DNA of 64,000 nucleotides from Bacteroidota bacterium (GCA_947453415.1 CANGGG010000004.1:3542-67541), one strand, 5' to 3'; counted from the stretch's first letter, positions 26,921 to 36,965 are shown. The notes: generated by a model not told the origin, from the letters alone. A program made the numbers and translations.

Positions 26921-29900
26921 ATGAGCGAAAGCACAGGACCAAAACGATTAAACGCAGTAGTAAAAGAGCTGAATGTAGGAATGCAAACCCTTGTGGAGCA
27001 TTTGGCTAAAAAAGGATATAGCGTTGAGGCTAAGCCTACTACTAAGCTTTCAGATGAGCAATATTCAGTATTACTCAGTGATTTTCAAAGCGACAAAAAG
27101 AACAAAGAAGAGTCAAAACTGTTTAACCATAATAAAGTTAAGCCTAAAGATATTACTATTGACCAAGTTAAACCAAAAACTGTTGTTGTTTCAAACGATG
27201 ACGATTATGTGGATGACATAGTTGTAAAAACAGGTTTAACAAACAGATACGAAAAACCAATTGAGAAAATTGTTGAACCAATTATTATTACTCCAGCTCC
27301 TACAAAAGAAGAGCTTAAAGAAAAAGTTGTTGCGGAAACTCCCAAAATAGAAGCAAAATCTGAAAAAGTTAAAGTAGAAAAAGCGCCAAAAGTTGAAGAA
27401 ATAGTTGAAAAAACTGTTGAAAATTCAACAAATGATGCTGAAAATGATTCACCTAAATTAACAATTTTAGGTAAAATAGATTTGAATTCTATCAATTCAA
27501 AAACTAGGCCTGATAAAAAGGTTAAAGAAAAGAAAGAAGTAGAAAAACCCGCTGTAAAAAAAGCCGCTGCGAAATCAGTTAAAGTAGAAACTGAATTGGT
27601 AGAAGCAGTAAAAAAACCCGCTGCTAAAACAGTAAAAAAAGCACCTGAACCAGAAATAACAGCAGCAAAAGTTAATTTACCCGAAGCATTAGTTAATGAA
27701 GAAGTAGAGGTTATTGCTCCGCAAATGACAGAACCTAATTACGAAAAATTAACAGGTTTAAAAGTAATGGGTAAAATTGTTTTACCTATAGATCCACCAA
27801 AATCAATTAACAAGCCAGTTGCATCGAGCGATGCAAATAATAAGAAAAAACGTAAACGTACAAATTATATTGGCGGTAGCGATACTACTAATGATAAATT
27901 AAATAAATACGTTAAACCAGCAGACGGAACAGCAAGACCACCTTATCAAGGTAATAATGCAGCTGGAACACCAAGAACTCCATATCAAGGAAATAATCCA
28001 AATGGTCCAAGAACACCTTATCAAGGAAATAATCCAAACGGACCACGCACACCATATCAAGGGAACAATCCTGCTGGTGGAGCTGGAACACCAAGAACAC
28101 CTTACCAAGGAAACAATCCAAACGGACCTCGTACACCCTATCAAGGAAATAATCCTGCAGGTGGTGGAGCTCGTCCGCCATTTAATAAAAATGCAGCTGG
28201 AGGTAATAAATTTGGAAGTAATCCAGCTTATAAGCCAGGTGAAAAGAAAGAAATTACTGATAAAGAAGTACAAGATAAATTAAAAGCAACATTAGCACGC
28301 TTAAATCCAGGTAGTAAAAATCCTAATATTGGTGCAGTTCGTTCCAAAATTCGTAAACAAAAACGTGATGATGCCAGAAATGAAAGAGAAGAAGCGGCCA
28401 TCGAATTAGAAAATGCAAACAAAGTATTAAAAGTTACAGAATTTGTAACTGCTAATGAGCTCTCTAAAATGATGGAAGTTACCATTACTCAAATTATTTC
28501 TACTTGTATGAGTTTAGGCATGATGGTTTCAATTAACCAACGCTTGGATGCTGAAACTATTAGTATTGTTGCTGAAGAATTTGGTTTTGAAGTGGACTTT
28601 GTAAGTGCAGAAGTGCAAGAAGCGGTGGAAGAAGACAAAGATGATCCTGCAGATTTGGTTTCTCGTGCACCTATTGTAACTGTAATGGGTCACGTAGATC
28701 ATGGTAAAACTTCATTATTAGATTATATTCGTAAAGCAAACGTAATTGCTGGTGAAGCAGGTGGAATAACACAGCACGTTGGTGCTTATGAAGTAACACT
28801 TGATAACGGCAAAAAAATTGCGTTTTTAGATACTCCCGGTCACGAAGCTTTTACAGCTATGCGTGCTCGTGGTGCAAAAATAACGGATATAGTAATTATT
28901 GTAATAGCTGCAGATGATAGTGTAATGCCACAAACGAAAGAAGCCATCAGTCATGCGCAAGCCGCTGGTGTGCCAATTGTTTTTGCATTTAACAAAATAG
29001 ATAAAGATGGTGCTAACGTTGAACGTATTCGCGAGCAGTTAGCCCAAATGAATATATTAGTAGAAGAATGGGGAGGTAAATACCAAACTCAAGAAATTTC
29101 GGCTAAAAAAGGTTTAAACATTGATTTATTACTTGACAAAGTATTATTAGAAGCTGAAATTTTAGATTTAAAAGCAAATCCAAATCGCAGAGCAGTTGGT
29201 TCCATTATTGAAGCATCGCTTGACAAAGGACGTGGAATTGTAGCTACTTTAATGGTTCAAAATGGAACTTTAAGAGTAGGAGATCCAATTATAGCTGGAA
29301 CAAATTCTGGAAAAGTAAAAGCCATGTTTGATGAACGTGGTAAAAAAATGCTTTTTGCTGGACCCTCAACTCCTGCAGTAGTTTTAGGTTTTGACGGTGC
29401 TCCGCAAGCTGGTGATAAATTAATTATTACCAAAACGGAACAAGAAGCCAGAGAAATTTCAAATAAACGTAAACAATTACAACGCGAACAAGGATTACGT
29501 ACCAACAAGCATATTACTTTAGATGAAATTGGACGTAGGTTAGCAATTGGTAATTTTAAAGAGTTAAAAATTATTGTTAAAGGTGACGTGGATGGTTCGG
29601 TGGAGGCATTGAGTGATTCATTGATTAAATTATCGACTGAAGAAGTTCAAGTAAGTGTAATATATAAAGCAGTTGGTCAAATATCGGAAAGTGATGTAAT
29701 GTTAGCTTCTGCATCTGATGCAATTATTATAGGATTCCAAGTTCGTCCTTCGCCACAAGCACGTAAGTTAGCAGAAGCGGAGGCAATTGATGTACGCATG
29801 TACTCAATTATTTATAATGCTATTAACGAAATAAAATTAGCTATTGAAGGAATGCACACTCCTAAAATGGAAGAGAAAATTACTGGTAATATTGAAATCC

Positions 29901-30178
29901 GTGAGGTATTTAAAATTACTAAAGTTGGAGCCGTTGCAGGTTGTATGGTTACCGATGGTAAAGTATTCCGTAATTCTAAAATACGCTTAATACGTGACGG
30001 TGTGGTAATGCATACGGGTGAACTTTCTTCACTTAAACGTTTTAAAGATGATGTAAAAGAAGTAGCTTATGGATTTGATTGTGGTTTAACAATAGAGAAG
30101 TTTAACGACATGAGAGTTGGCGATTATGTAGAAGCTTACGAAGAAGTAGAAATTAAACGAATCGCTTCGAAACAATAA
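26921..30178 (+). CDS. infB: Translation initiation factor IF-2
   Basis: 1085 aa. GTPase motifs [22 protein letters not shown] and NKID. Lys/Glu/Pro-rich N-terminal region and typical C-terminal domains. Confidence 0.97.
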   Translation: MSESTGPKRLNAVVKELNVGMQTLVEHLAKKGYSVEAKPTTKLSDEQYSVLLSDFQSDKKNKEESKLFNHNKVKPKDITIDQVKPKTVVVSNDDDYVDDIVVKTGLTNRYEKPIEKIVEPIIITPAPTKEELKEKVVAETPKIEAKSEKVKVEKAPKVEEIVEKTVENSTNDAENDSPKLTILGKIDLNSINSKTRPDKKVKEKKEVEKPAVKKAAAKSVKVETELVEAVKKPAAKTVKKAPEPEITAAKVNLPEALVNEEVEVIAPQMTEPNYEKLTGLKVMGKIVLPIDPPKSINKPVASSDANNKKKRKRTNYIGGSDTTNDKLNKYVKPADGTARPPYQGNNAAGTPRTPYQGNNPNGPRTPYQGNNPNGPRTPYQGNNPAGGAGTPRTPYQGNNPNGPRTPYQGNNPAGGGARPPFNKNAAGGNKFGSNPAYKPGEKKEITDKEVQDKLKATLARLNPGSKNPNIGAVRSKIRKQKRDDARNEREEAAIELENANKVLKVTEFVTANELSKMMEVTITQIISTCMSLGMMVSINQRLDAETISIVAEEFGFEVDFVSAEVQEAVEEDKDDPADLVSRAPIVTVMGHVDHGKTSLLDYIRKANVIAGEAGGITQHVGAYEVTLDNGKKIAFLDTPGHEAFTAMRARGAKITDIVIIVIAADDSVMPQTKEAISHAQAAGVPIVFAFNKIDKDGANVERIREQLAQMNILVEEWGGKYQTQEISAKKGLNIDLLLDKVLLEAEILDLKANPNRRAVGSIIEASLDKGRGIVATLMVQNGTLRVGDPIIAGTNSGKVKAMFDERGKKMLFAGPSTPAVVLGFDGAPQAGDKLIITKTEQEAREISNKRKQLQREQGLRTNKHITLDEIGRRLAIGNFKELKIIVKGDVDGSVEALSDSLIKLSTEEVQVSVIYKAVGQISESDVMLASASDAIIIGFQVRPSPQARKLAEAEAIDVRMYSIIYNAINEIKLAIEGMHTPKMEEKITGNIEIREVFKITKVGAVAGCMVTDGKVFRNSKIRLIRDGVVMHTGELSSLKRFKDDVKEVAYGFDCGLTIEKFNDMRVGDYVEAYEEVEIKRIASKQ
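27935..28180 (+). repeat. In-frame tandem peptide repeat within infB (six copies of a [12 protein letters not shown]-like unit)
   Basis: [12 protein letters not shown] / [12 protein letters not shown] x2 / [16 protein letters not shown] / [12 protein letters not shown] / [15 protein letters not shown]. Copies differ at synonymous codon positions. Confidence 0.9.
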
Positions 30179-30198
30179 TTATAAATAAAATTAGCATC

Positions 30199-30230
30199 AA
30201 GCAGCCAACTGAAAAGCTTGGCTGTTTTTG
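30199..30230 (+). terminator. Rho-independent terminator of infB
   Basis: aagcagccaa ..9-nt loop.. ttggctgttttt. Confidence 0.7.
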
Positions 30231-30243
30231 TTTCATTAAAAAT

Positions 30244-30299
30244 GCGTTTCGACAAGCTCAACGACCAATAAATGCAGTCTACTGAGCCTGTCGAAGTGT
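30244..30299. repeat. REP-like imperfect palindrome
   Basis: ttcgacaagctca (30248-30260) pairs with tgagcctgtcgaa (30283-30295) with one mismatch. GC-richer than the flanks and sits just after the infB terminator. Confidence 0.6.
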
Positions 30300-30323
30300 A
30301 AAAAAAATATAAAAAATAAGACC

Positions 30324-30851
30324 ATGACAAAACATATAAAACCCGAAAAGTATATAAAAGATAGAGGACAAAGTTTAGTAGTAAAAGTTTGCTACTTAAA
30401 TTCTGATTGGCAAGAAATTGGCAAAGCCACTATATTAATAGTTAAGCACATTCCAAAAACCAATTATATCATAGGAAGTTACCAAATAGATTTACATTGT
30501 TTGGGTATAAAGCAAACTGCTTGGGGTTATGGTGTAACCGAAAAAAAATTAGCTGAAATATATAGCCGTTTGGGTGCAGGAAAACCACTGGCAGAAGCCG
30601 AATATAGCTTGTGTAGCCAAATTATTAGAGAAGCAAATGAGTTTGGAATAAAGAATGGTTTAACGCCACTTCCTAATTTTGAAACTAGCCAATATTTAAT
30701 AGAAGATGCTTCGGAAAACCCAATACAAATTACCTTTGGAAAAGCGGGTAAACCACATTATAAAAAAGACGAATTCAGCAATAACGATTTAATGATTAGC
30801 CAACTTACTGCTGCCTTAGGAGCAGATGGTTTTACAGTTGAAGAAATGTAA
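30324..30851 (+). CDS. Hypothetical protein (175 aa), no recognisable motifs
   Basis: Clean ORF bounded by the REP-like element upstream and a strong terminator downstream. No signal peptide or TM segment seen. Confidence 0.55.
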   Translation: MTKHIKPEKYIKDRGQSLVVKVCYLNSDWQEIGKATILIVKHIPKTNYIIGSYQIDLHCLGIKQTAWGYGVTEKKLAEIYSRLGAGKPLAEAEYSLCSQIIREANEFGIKNGLTPLPNFETSQYLIEDASENPIQITFGKAGKPHYKKDEFSNNDLMISQLTAALGADGFTVEEM

Positions 30852-30874
30852 CTGCTCAATATAAATTGATTTAT

Positions 30875-30910
30875 AAAAAAGCCAAACTTGAATTCAAGTT
30901 TGGCTTTTTT
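30875..30910. terminator. Bidirectional terminator between the hypothetical gene and acs
   Basis: aaaaaa gccaaacttgaa ttcaagtttggc tttttt, a perfect palindrome with flanking A and T runs. Confidence 0.8.
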
Positions 30911-30926
30911 ATGGTTTAAAAGAATA

Positions 30927-32855
30927 CTAAATCAATGCAGCATTTTTAATTTCTTCAACAATGCCTGGATCTAATAAAGTGGAGGTATCACCAAGGTTTG
31001 AAGTTTCACCTTCTGCAATTTTTCTTAAAATTCTTCTCATTATTTTACCACTTCTTGTTTTAGGTAAACCAGTTACAAATTGAATTTTATCGGGTTTTGC
31101 AATGGCACCAATAATACGAGAAACTGTTTGAATAATATCTTGCTTAGAAAGGTTTTCGTTTTCATGTCGTCTTTCAAAAATTACATAAGCATATATTCCT
31201 TGTCCTTTTATATCGTGCGGATAGCCAACTACTGCACTTTCCACTACACCACTATGCATGTTAATTGCATTTTCAACTTCAGCCGTTCCAATTCTGTGTC
31301 CGCTTACATTTAAAACATCATCTACACGGCCGGTAATTCTGTAGTTTCCATCTTCATCGCGCAAGCATCCATCGCCAGTAAAATACATGTTTTCGTAAGT
31401 ACTAAAATAGGCTGTTTTGCACCTTTCATGGTCGCCATAAGTAGTGCGAATAATTCCAGGCCAAGGCTGCTTAATACATAAGTTTCCACTTACTGAATTT
31501 CCTAAAATTTCAACACCATTTTCATCAACCAAGCAAGGCAATACACCTGGCATTGGCAAAGTGGCATGAGCTGGTTTTTGAGTTGTAACACCTGCCAAAC
31601 TTGTAATCATGATGCCACCAGTTTCAGTTTGCCACCAAGTATCAACGATTGGGCATTTTTCTTTACCAATAATTTTATAATACCATTGCCAAGCTTCTTC
31701 ATTTATTGGTTCACCAACTGAACCTAAAACTTTCAATGAACTTAAGTCTTTATGTTTTACAAAATCTAATCCAAAAGCCATTAAACTTCTAATAGCAGTA
31801 GGAGCGGTATATAAAATATTCACTTTGTGTTTTTCAACTATATCCCAAAACCTTCCAGCATCGGGCCAAGTAGGAATTCCTTCAAACATTAAACTGGTTG
31901 CGCCAGCACTTAAAGGGCCATATAAAATATAACTGTGTCCGGTAATCCAGCCAATATCTGCAGTACAAAAATGTATTTGTTTGGGTTGATATTGAAATGT
32001 ATTTACAAATGTATAATTGGTCCAAACCATGTATCCTGCAATGCTATGAACCACACCTTTTGGTTTGCCAGTAGAACCCGAAGTATATAAAATAAATAAG
32101 GGATCCTCAGCATCCATTTCTTCAGCGGGGAAACTAACTTTTCCATTTTGTTCTACTTGTTGTTCGGCATGTTCCATTTCATCTTCCCACCAAACATCTC
32201 GGCCTTTTAGCATACTTACAGGAGTTCGAGTTCGGGTATAAACAATTACTTTTTTTACAGTTTTGTTTCCAATTAATGAATCATCAATTACATTTTTTAA
32301 AGGAATGTCTTTATTACCTCTAAAAGCGCCATCGCAGGTAATAATAAATGTTGCTTCGGCATCTAATAACCTATCGGCAATGCTTTGAGCTGAAAATCCA
32401 CCAAAAATAACGGAATGAATAGCACCAATTCTAGCACAGCCCAAAACTGCATAAGAAAGTTCTGGAATCATGCCCATATATATACAAACCCTGTCACCTT
32501 TTTTAACGCCTAAATTTTTAAGCATTTGTGCAACTTGGCATACACGCTTATGTAAGCGATTATAAGTTACAATCCTCGTTTTTTCTTCAGGGTCGTTTGG
32601 CTCCCAAATAATAGCTGCTTGTTCTCCAATTGTATCTAAATGTCTGTCGATACAGTTTTCTGTAATGTTTAATTTACCGCCTTCAAACCATTTTATATTT
32701 GGCTCATTAAAATTCCAATTTGAAACTTGATCCCACTTTTTTTTCCAAGTAAAATTTTCAGCTATTTCACCCCAAAATTCTTCAGGTTTTTCAATGCTTT
32801 TTTGATAAGCTTTATTATACTCATCTATGTTTTTTATTTGATAGGGATAATCCAT
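30927..32855 (-). CDS. acs: Acetyl-CoA synthetase (acetate--CoA ligase)
   Basis: 642 aa. AMP-binding motif YTSGSTGKPKGV, WWQTETGG and PKTRSGKIMRRILRKIA. Confidence 0.96.
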   Translation of the reverse strand: MDYPYQIKNIDEYNKAYQKSIEKPEEFWGEIAENFTWKKKWDQVSNWNFNEPNIKWFEGGKLNITENCIDRHLDTIGEQAAIIWEPNDPEEKTRIVTYNRLHKRVCQVAQMLKNLGVKKGDRVCIYMGMIPELSYAVLGCARIGAIHSVIFGGFSAQSIADRLLDAEATFIITCDGAFRGNKDIPLKNVIDDSLIGNKTVKKVIVYTRTRTPVSMLKGRDVWWEDEMEHAEQQVEQNGKVSFPAEEMDAEDPLFILYTSGSTGKPKGVVHSIAGYMVWTNYTFVNTFQYQPKQIHFCTADIGWITGHSYILYGPLSAGATSLMFEGIPTWPDAGRFWDIVEKHKVNILYTAPTAIRSLMAFGLDFVKHKDLSSLKVLGSVGEPINEEAWQWYYKIIGKEKCPIVDTWWQTETGGIMITSLAGVTTQKPAHATLPMPGVLPCLVDENGVEILGNSVSGNLCIKQPWPGIIRTTYGDHERCKTAYFSTYENMYFTGDGCLRDEDGNYRITGRVDDVLNVSGHRIGTAEVENAINMHSGVVESAVVGYPHDIKGQGIYAYVIFERRHENENLSKQDIIQTVSRIIGAIAKPDKIQFVTGLPKTRSGKIMRRILRKIAEGETSNLGDTSTLLDPGIVEEIKNAALI

Positions 32856-32970
32856 TTTTTACTTTTATAATTAGTACGAATATATAATGACTAATAATAA
32901 ATTTTAAAACAAATTGTTAAATAAGTATAGTTATGATAAAGATTTGTTTATAGTATAACATTTAAACAAT

Positions 32971-33003
32971 AAAAAAGGCAAATGTAATTTATTTGCCTTT
33001 TCA
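32971..33003 (-). terminator. Rho-independent terminator of slyD
   Basis: Plus strand reads aaaaaa ggcaaat gtaattt atttgcc tttt. On the minus strand the hairpin is followed by a T-run. Confidence 0.7.
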
Positions 33004-33012
33004 GTTTTATAT

Positions 33013-33498
33013 TTAATGATGATGTCCATCAGGCCCGTGAACATGTCCATGTGCAATTTCATCGTCTGTAGCTTCTCTAATTTCCATTACTTCAATGTCA
33101 AAATTTAGTTCTACTCCAGCTAAAGGATGGTTTCCATCTACAGTTACAGTTTCTGCATCTATTGCTTTGATGGTAACCAAAAAACGCTGTTCGTCAGATC
33201 CTGCTTCAAACTGCATTCCTACATTTATTTCTTGTCCGGCAAAAGCACTCACAGGAACTTGTTGTACCATTTCGTTTTGATAATTTCCATAACCTTTTTC
33301 AGGGCTAACTTTCAATTGAAATTTATTTCCAACTTCTTTGCCATCTAATCCTTCTTCCATTCCTGGAATTAAGTGACCCAATCCATGAATAAAATTTAAC
33401 GGACCTCTTCCATTGCTAGAATCTAATACTGTTCCTTCATTATTGGTCAATGTATAATGAATAGCTACTACTTTGTTCAAACTTACTTTCATAATCAT
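33013..33498 (-). CDS. slyD: FKBP-type peptidyl-prolyl isomerase SlyD
   Basis: Close to E. coli SlyD over its whole length (..DGNHPLAG..FDIEVMEIREATDDEIAHGHVHG), with a short His-rich tail PDGHHH. Confidence 0.9.
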   Translation of the reverse strand: MIMKVSLNKVVAIHYTLTNNEGTVLDSSNGRGPLNFIHGLGHLIPGMEEGLDGKEVGNKFQLKVSPEKGYGNYQNEMVQQVPVSAFAGQEINVGMQFEAGSDEQRFLVTIKAIDAETVTVDGNHPLAGVELNFDIEVMEIREATDDEIAHGHVHGPDGHHH

Positions 33499-33925
33499 TT
33501 ATTTTAAGGGTGTTTTCCCTTTTTGTTTATATTTTTAAAAGGAGCAAATATGAACTTTTAAAAACACTTTTCAAGTAAATAAACATTTGAAAATGCTTGA
33601 TTTTTGAAATGAATAAGACAATAATTATATGTAGTTTAATAAATATAAAAATTTACTTTTCAAATTTTATAATAAATTTTAGGTCTTTAAATAAATTATT
33701 TTGCCTAATTTTCGAATTATGATTGTTAACTAAAAAAAAAGCAATTTTAGTCCTTTAAATTAATAAAAACGGAGTGTTTAAAGGATTTAAAATTCTTTCC
33801 AAACCATTAAAAAGAGTATTTGATTTATTAAATTATGAATTAAATTAATTTCAGTAAGTATTTTTATATTAGGAAATTATAAAATAAAAACAGTAGTTTT
33901 ACATTTTAATAAAAACAATTTATTT

Positions 33926-34645
33926 ATGAAAAATATTCTTACATTATTGATGCTATTTGTAGTTACAATAATACTACATGCACAACCAAAACCAACTGTA
34001 AAACCGGGTACTCCAGTGGTTCCGGGTGTTCCTAGCAAACCAAAAGTAAGTGCCTATGTGCTTAAGAAAGATTATGAAGAAATGCTAATAACACTTGATG
34101 CTAAAGTAAAATCTGCTACCAATGCAAATGCAAGTTTAAGAAACTTAATTGGCAGCAAGGATAGAGAAATAGCATCACTAGGCGAAAAAATGAAGCAGGT
34201 AGAAGAAATTTTAAATTCTACAGCTTTTAAAGTTTCTAATACTGAGGATTCATTGGATAAAACACGTTTCTCAATGGAAGAATTCAGGAAAAGCTCGGAA
34301 GAAAAATTTGCAGAAATTAATGCTTCTCATGAAGCAGCTAATAGTAAAATGATGATGTTGTTTAGCATTGGTTTATTAATAACTGTTGGCTTTTTTGTAT
34401 TTTTATTAATGCAATTAGGAAAACTTAAAAAATCAATATTAAGTCACAACATAAATGCTGAAATTAAACTTCATGAAACGATTGCTGAATTAACTGAAAA
34501 CCAAAAAGCAGAACTTGATAGTGTAAAAAGCAATTTAGATAGAGATAACAGAATTTTAAACCAAAGCTTATCAAAAGCAATTGCTGACGAAGGAACAAGA
34601 GTAAACTTTGAAATTGAAAAAATAAATGCTGAACTAAAAAAATAA
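33926..34645 (+). CDS. Hypothetical membrane-anchored coiled-coil protein
   Basis: Signal peptide, Pro-rich linker QPKPTVKPGTPVVPGVPSKPK, coiled-coil-like segments, and a TM segment MMMLFSIGLLITVGFFVFLLMQL. Confidence 0.55.
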   Translation: MKNILTLLMLFVVTIILHAQPKPTVKPGTPVVPGVPSKPKVSAYVLKKDYEEMLITLDAKVKSATNANASLRNLIGSKDREIASLGEKMKQVEEILNSTAFKVSNTEDSLDKTRFSMEEFRKSSEEKFAEINASHEAANSKMMMLFSIGLLITVGFFVFLLMQLGKLKKSILSHNINAEIKLHETIAELTENQKAELDSVKSNLDRDNRILNQSLSKAIADEGTRVNFEIEKINAELKK

Positions 34646-34665
34646 ATGAAATAAATTATTATAAT

Positions 34666-34698
34666 AAAGGCTGTTGAATTTTAATTGAACAGCCTTTT
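34666..34698 (+). terminator. Rho-independent terminator
   Basis: aaaggctgttgaatt..aattgaacagcctttt, one mismatch. Confidence 0.7.
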
Positions 34699-34705
34699 GC
34701 ATTTT

Positions 34706-34778
34706 GTCACATTGAGCGAAGTCGAAATGTTTTGAATACGAACATTAATTTCTCGACTCCACTCGAAATGACGGTCAT
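34706..34778. repeat. REP-like long imperfect palindrome between convergent genes
   Basis: gtcacattgagcgaagtcgaaatg .. atttctcgactccactcgaaatgacggtc. Nested pairings agtcga/tcgact and aatgtt/aacatt. GC-richer than the flanks. Confidence 0.6.
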
Positions 34779-34821
34779 TTTAAATTATTTGAGACAACCA
34801 CTTTTTGGAGTAATATATTTT

Positions 34822-35139
34822 TTAAAACTGTTTGCTAATAAAATATATCAAGGCTACAACAAACAAAACAATTACAATTCTGATAAAGCTTTTTATTAAT
34901 AAACTGATGTAAGCTAAAACAGCAAATATTAAAGCTGCTATTCCAATATATAACATTGATTTATCGTAAGAAAAACCGGTTTCAGAAATCCATTTACCAA
35001 AAGGGAAACTGGGTTTTAAATGCTGTATTTTTACATGAAAATATTCTAAAAAAGCCATGCTACTTATTATTGGCGCGGCAATCATTAACAATATTGAAAA
35101 TGCTTTTGTGGTCAGTGATTTCATCATTTTTTTAAGCAA
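34822..35139 (-). CDS. Small integral membrane protein
   Basis: Three hydrophobic helices. Lies immediately downstream of the formiminotransferase gene. Start ambiguous (35139 overlaps that gene by 8 nt; in-frame ATGs also at 35127 and 35124). Confidence 0.5.
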   Translation of the reverse strand: MLKKMMKSLTTKAFSILLMIAAPIISSMAFLEYFHVKIQHLKPSFPFGKWISETGFSYDKSMLYIGIAALIFAVLAYISLLIKSFIRIVIVLFVVALIYFISKQF

Positions 35140-36817
35140 TGGCCGCTTCTACTTTTGCCAATAATTCATCTGCTTTTGCATGGTTGTTTGCCAATAAATT
35201 TTTTGCTTCAGCAATTAAATTTTCAGCAAATGTTCTATCTTTTAAATCTTTTGCATTTACCATTACATTAAAATAGGCGCCTCTTACCGCAGTTTTTACA
35301 CAAAGCACACCAACACCAGCATCAGTTACAGAATTTTGGTTCCCTTTTTCAATCATTGCTGCTAATAAATTCAAGGATTCTGAAGCAGTTTGCATTACTT
35401 TAAAAGGAACTTCACAAGCATATTTTGTGGCATTTTCTATAGCTAATATTCTTGCTGCTTTTTCTTCTTCTGTTGCCTTTGGCAATCCAAAACCAAGCAT
35501 AATTTGGTTAAAAGCATGGGTGTCTTCATCTACTGCTTTCAGCAATTTATCTTTAATCATTTGACCTTTATCGGCCCATTCGCTAAAATATTGCACTTGC
35601 TCTTCCCAACCACGTTTGCCTGCCGAAAGATTAGCAACCATTGTTCCTAATGAAGCACCTAGACTACCCACGTAAGCACTGATTGAACCACCTCCAGGAG
35701 CTGGACTTTCACTGGCAGTTTCATTGGCAAAACCACGTAAATTCATGCCAATCAATTTTTCATTATTGGCATATTTTAGTTTGTATTCTATAATTTTATT
35801 ATTGGCATCAAATGGTGCTAGCTCATCCAATCCTAATGATTTAATAGCTATTTGAATCAACTCTTCCTCACTCACTCCAACTGAGCGTTTTTGTTTCATT
35901 AAATAATGTCTTCCTGCCGAAAGCATCGCTTCTAAAGGAATTAATCCAACCAGTTCCGAACCAGTAACACGCATTCCACGTTTTTCGGCACTTTTACAAA
36001 CTTCATCAAATGCTTGGTGAACTGAAGTGATTTTATAATTGGTTAAATTGATGCTTATTTGAGCAATATTATATTCTTCAATAAACCAACCAATGGCTTT
36101 ACATGCTTTTAAAGTTCCAGGAACGCGCACTTCATTTCCATCGGCATCTTTTATTATTTTTCCAGTAATTGGATTTCCTTCACGCAATACACGCCCAGCT
36201 TCTCTAATATCAAAAGCAACAGAATTTGCCAATCTTACCGATTTTGTATTTAGGTTTACATTATATGCAATCAAAAAATCGCGCGCACCAATTACAGTTC
36301 CGCCAGCTTTTTCATTGAATTCTGATGGTCCAAAATCGGGTGCCCATTCTGCTTGTTTTATTTTTTTGAAAAAGCCTTCGTATTCACCTGCTCTTATTAC
36401 CGAAAGATTATTACGTTCTTTATTAGGCTGTGCATTTTCGTATAAATAAACAGGAATATTTAAATTTTCTCCCACTCTTTTCCCTAACATTTTAGCAAAT
36501 GCTACTGTTTCTTCCATGGTAATTCCGCTAACGGGAATAAGCGGACAAACATCGGTAGCACCCATACGTGGATGTTCGCCTTTATGCTTGCTCATATCTA
36601 TAATTTCGGAAGCTTTTTTTATGGCTAAATATGCGGCTTCTACCACAGCATTTGGTTCGCCAACAAAAGTTACAACAGTTCTATTGGTAGCTTTTCCAGG
36701 ATCTACATCTAATAATTTTACACCATCTACACTTTCTATTACATCAGTAATTTGTTTGATAATTTGTAAATCGTGTCCTTCACTAAAATTTGGAACACAT
36801 TCTATTATTTGAGTCAT
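35132..36817 (-). CDS. Bifunctional glutamate formimidoyltransferase / formimidoyltetrahydrofolate cyclodeaminase (FTCD-like)
   Basis: N-terminal IECVPNFSEG motif of the formiminotransferase domain. The 561-aa length includes a helical C-terminal cyclodeaminase-like domain. Confidence 0.85.
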   Translation of the reverse strand: MTQIIECVPNFSEGHDLQIIKQITDVIESVDGVKLLDVDPGKATNRTVVTFVGEPNAVVEAAYLAIKKASEIIDMSKHKGEHPRMGATDVCPLIPVSGITMEETVAFAKMLGKRVGENLNIPVYLYENAQPNKERNNLSVIRAGEYEGFFKKIKQAEWAPDFGPSEFNEKAGGTVIGARDFLIAYNVNLNTKSVRLANSVAFDIREAGRVLREGNPITGKIIKDADGNEVRVPGTLKACKAIGWFIEEYNIAQISINLTNYKITSVHQAFDEVCKSAEKRGMRVTGSELVGLIPLEAMLSAGRHYLMKQKRSVGVSEEELIQIAIKSLGLDELAPFDANNKIIEYKLKYANNEKLIGMNLRGFANETASESPAPGGGSISAYVGSLGASLGTMVANLSAGKRGWEEQVQYFSEWADKGQMIKDKLLKAVDEDTHAFNQIMLGFGLPKATEEEKAARILAIENATKYACEVPFKVMQTASESLNLLAAMIEKGNQNSVTDAGVGVLCVKTAVRGAYFNVMVNAKDLKDRTFAENLIAEAKNLLANNHAKADELLAKVEAAIA

Positions 36818-36965
36818 GAGTTGTTGATTTTTTTTTATAAAATTATATTAAATAAAATAGGATACGAATCTAATATAATTTTACTTTTTTGGAACTAAAT
36901 AAAACTTGAAGAATATCGTATTTTATTCCATTCTGCAACAAATCTTTTTATTATTAAATTTTTTA

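Noticed and set aside
27935-28180. Possible CRISPR-like or non-coding tandem repeat
   Set aside because: The units are 36-48 nt, directly adjacent without spacers, in frame, and conserved at the peptide level. This is a coding repeat within infB.
27899-28283. Three overlapping track ORFs (27899..28273 -, 27912..28181 -, 27957..28283 +) inside infB
   Set aside because: They lie within the tandem PRTPYQGNN repeat, whose biased composition removes stop codons in several frames. The IF-2 frame is continuous and clearly real.
30136-30330. ORF 30136..30330 (-)
   Set aside because: It reads through the infB terminator and the palindromic element. This is the typical artefact of translating a REP-like repeat.
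33609-33722. 37-codon ATG ORF in the slyD upstream spacer
   Set aside because: The translation is extremely AT-rich, Ile/Asn/Phe-dominated, with no promoter box or coupling. It looks like chance.
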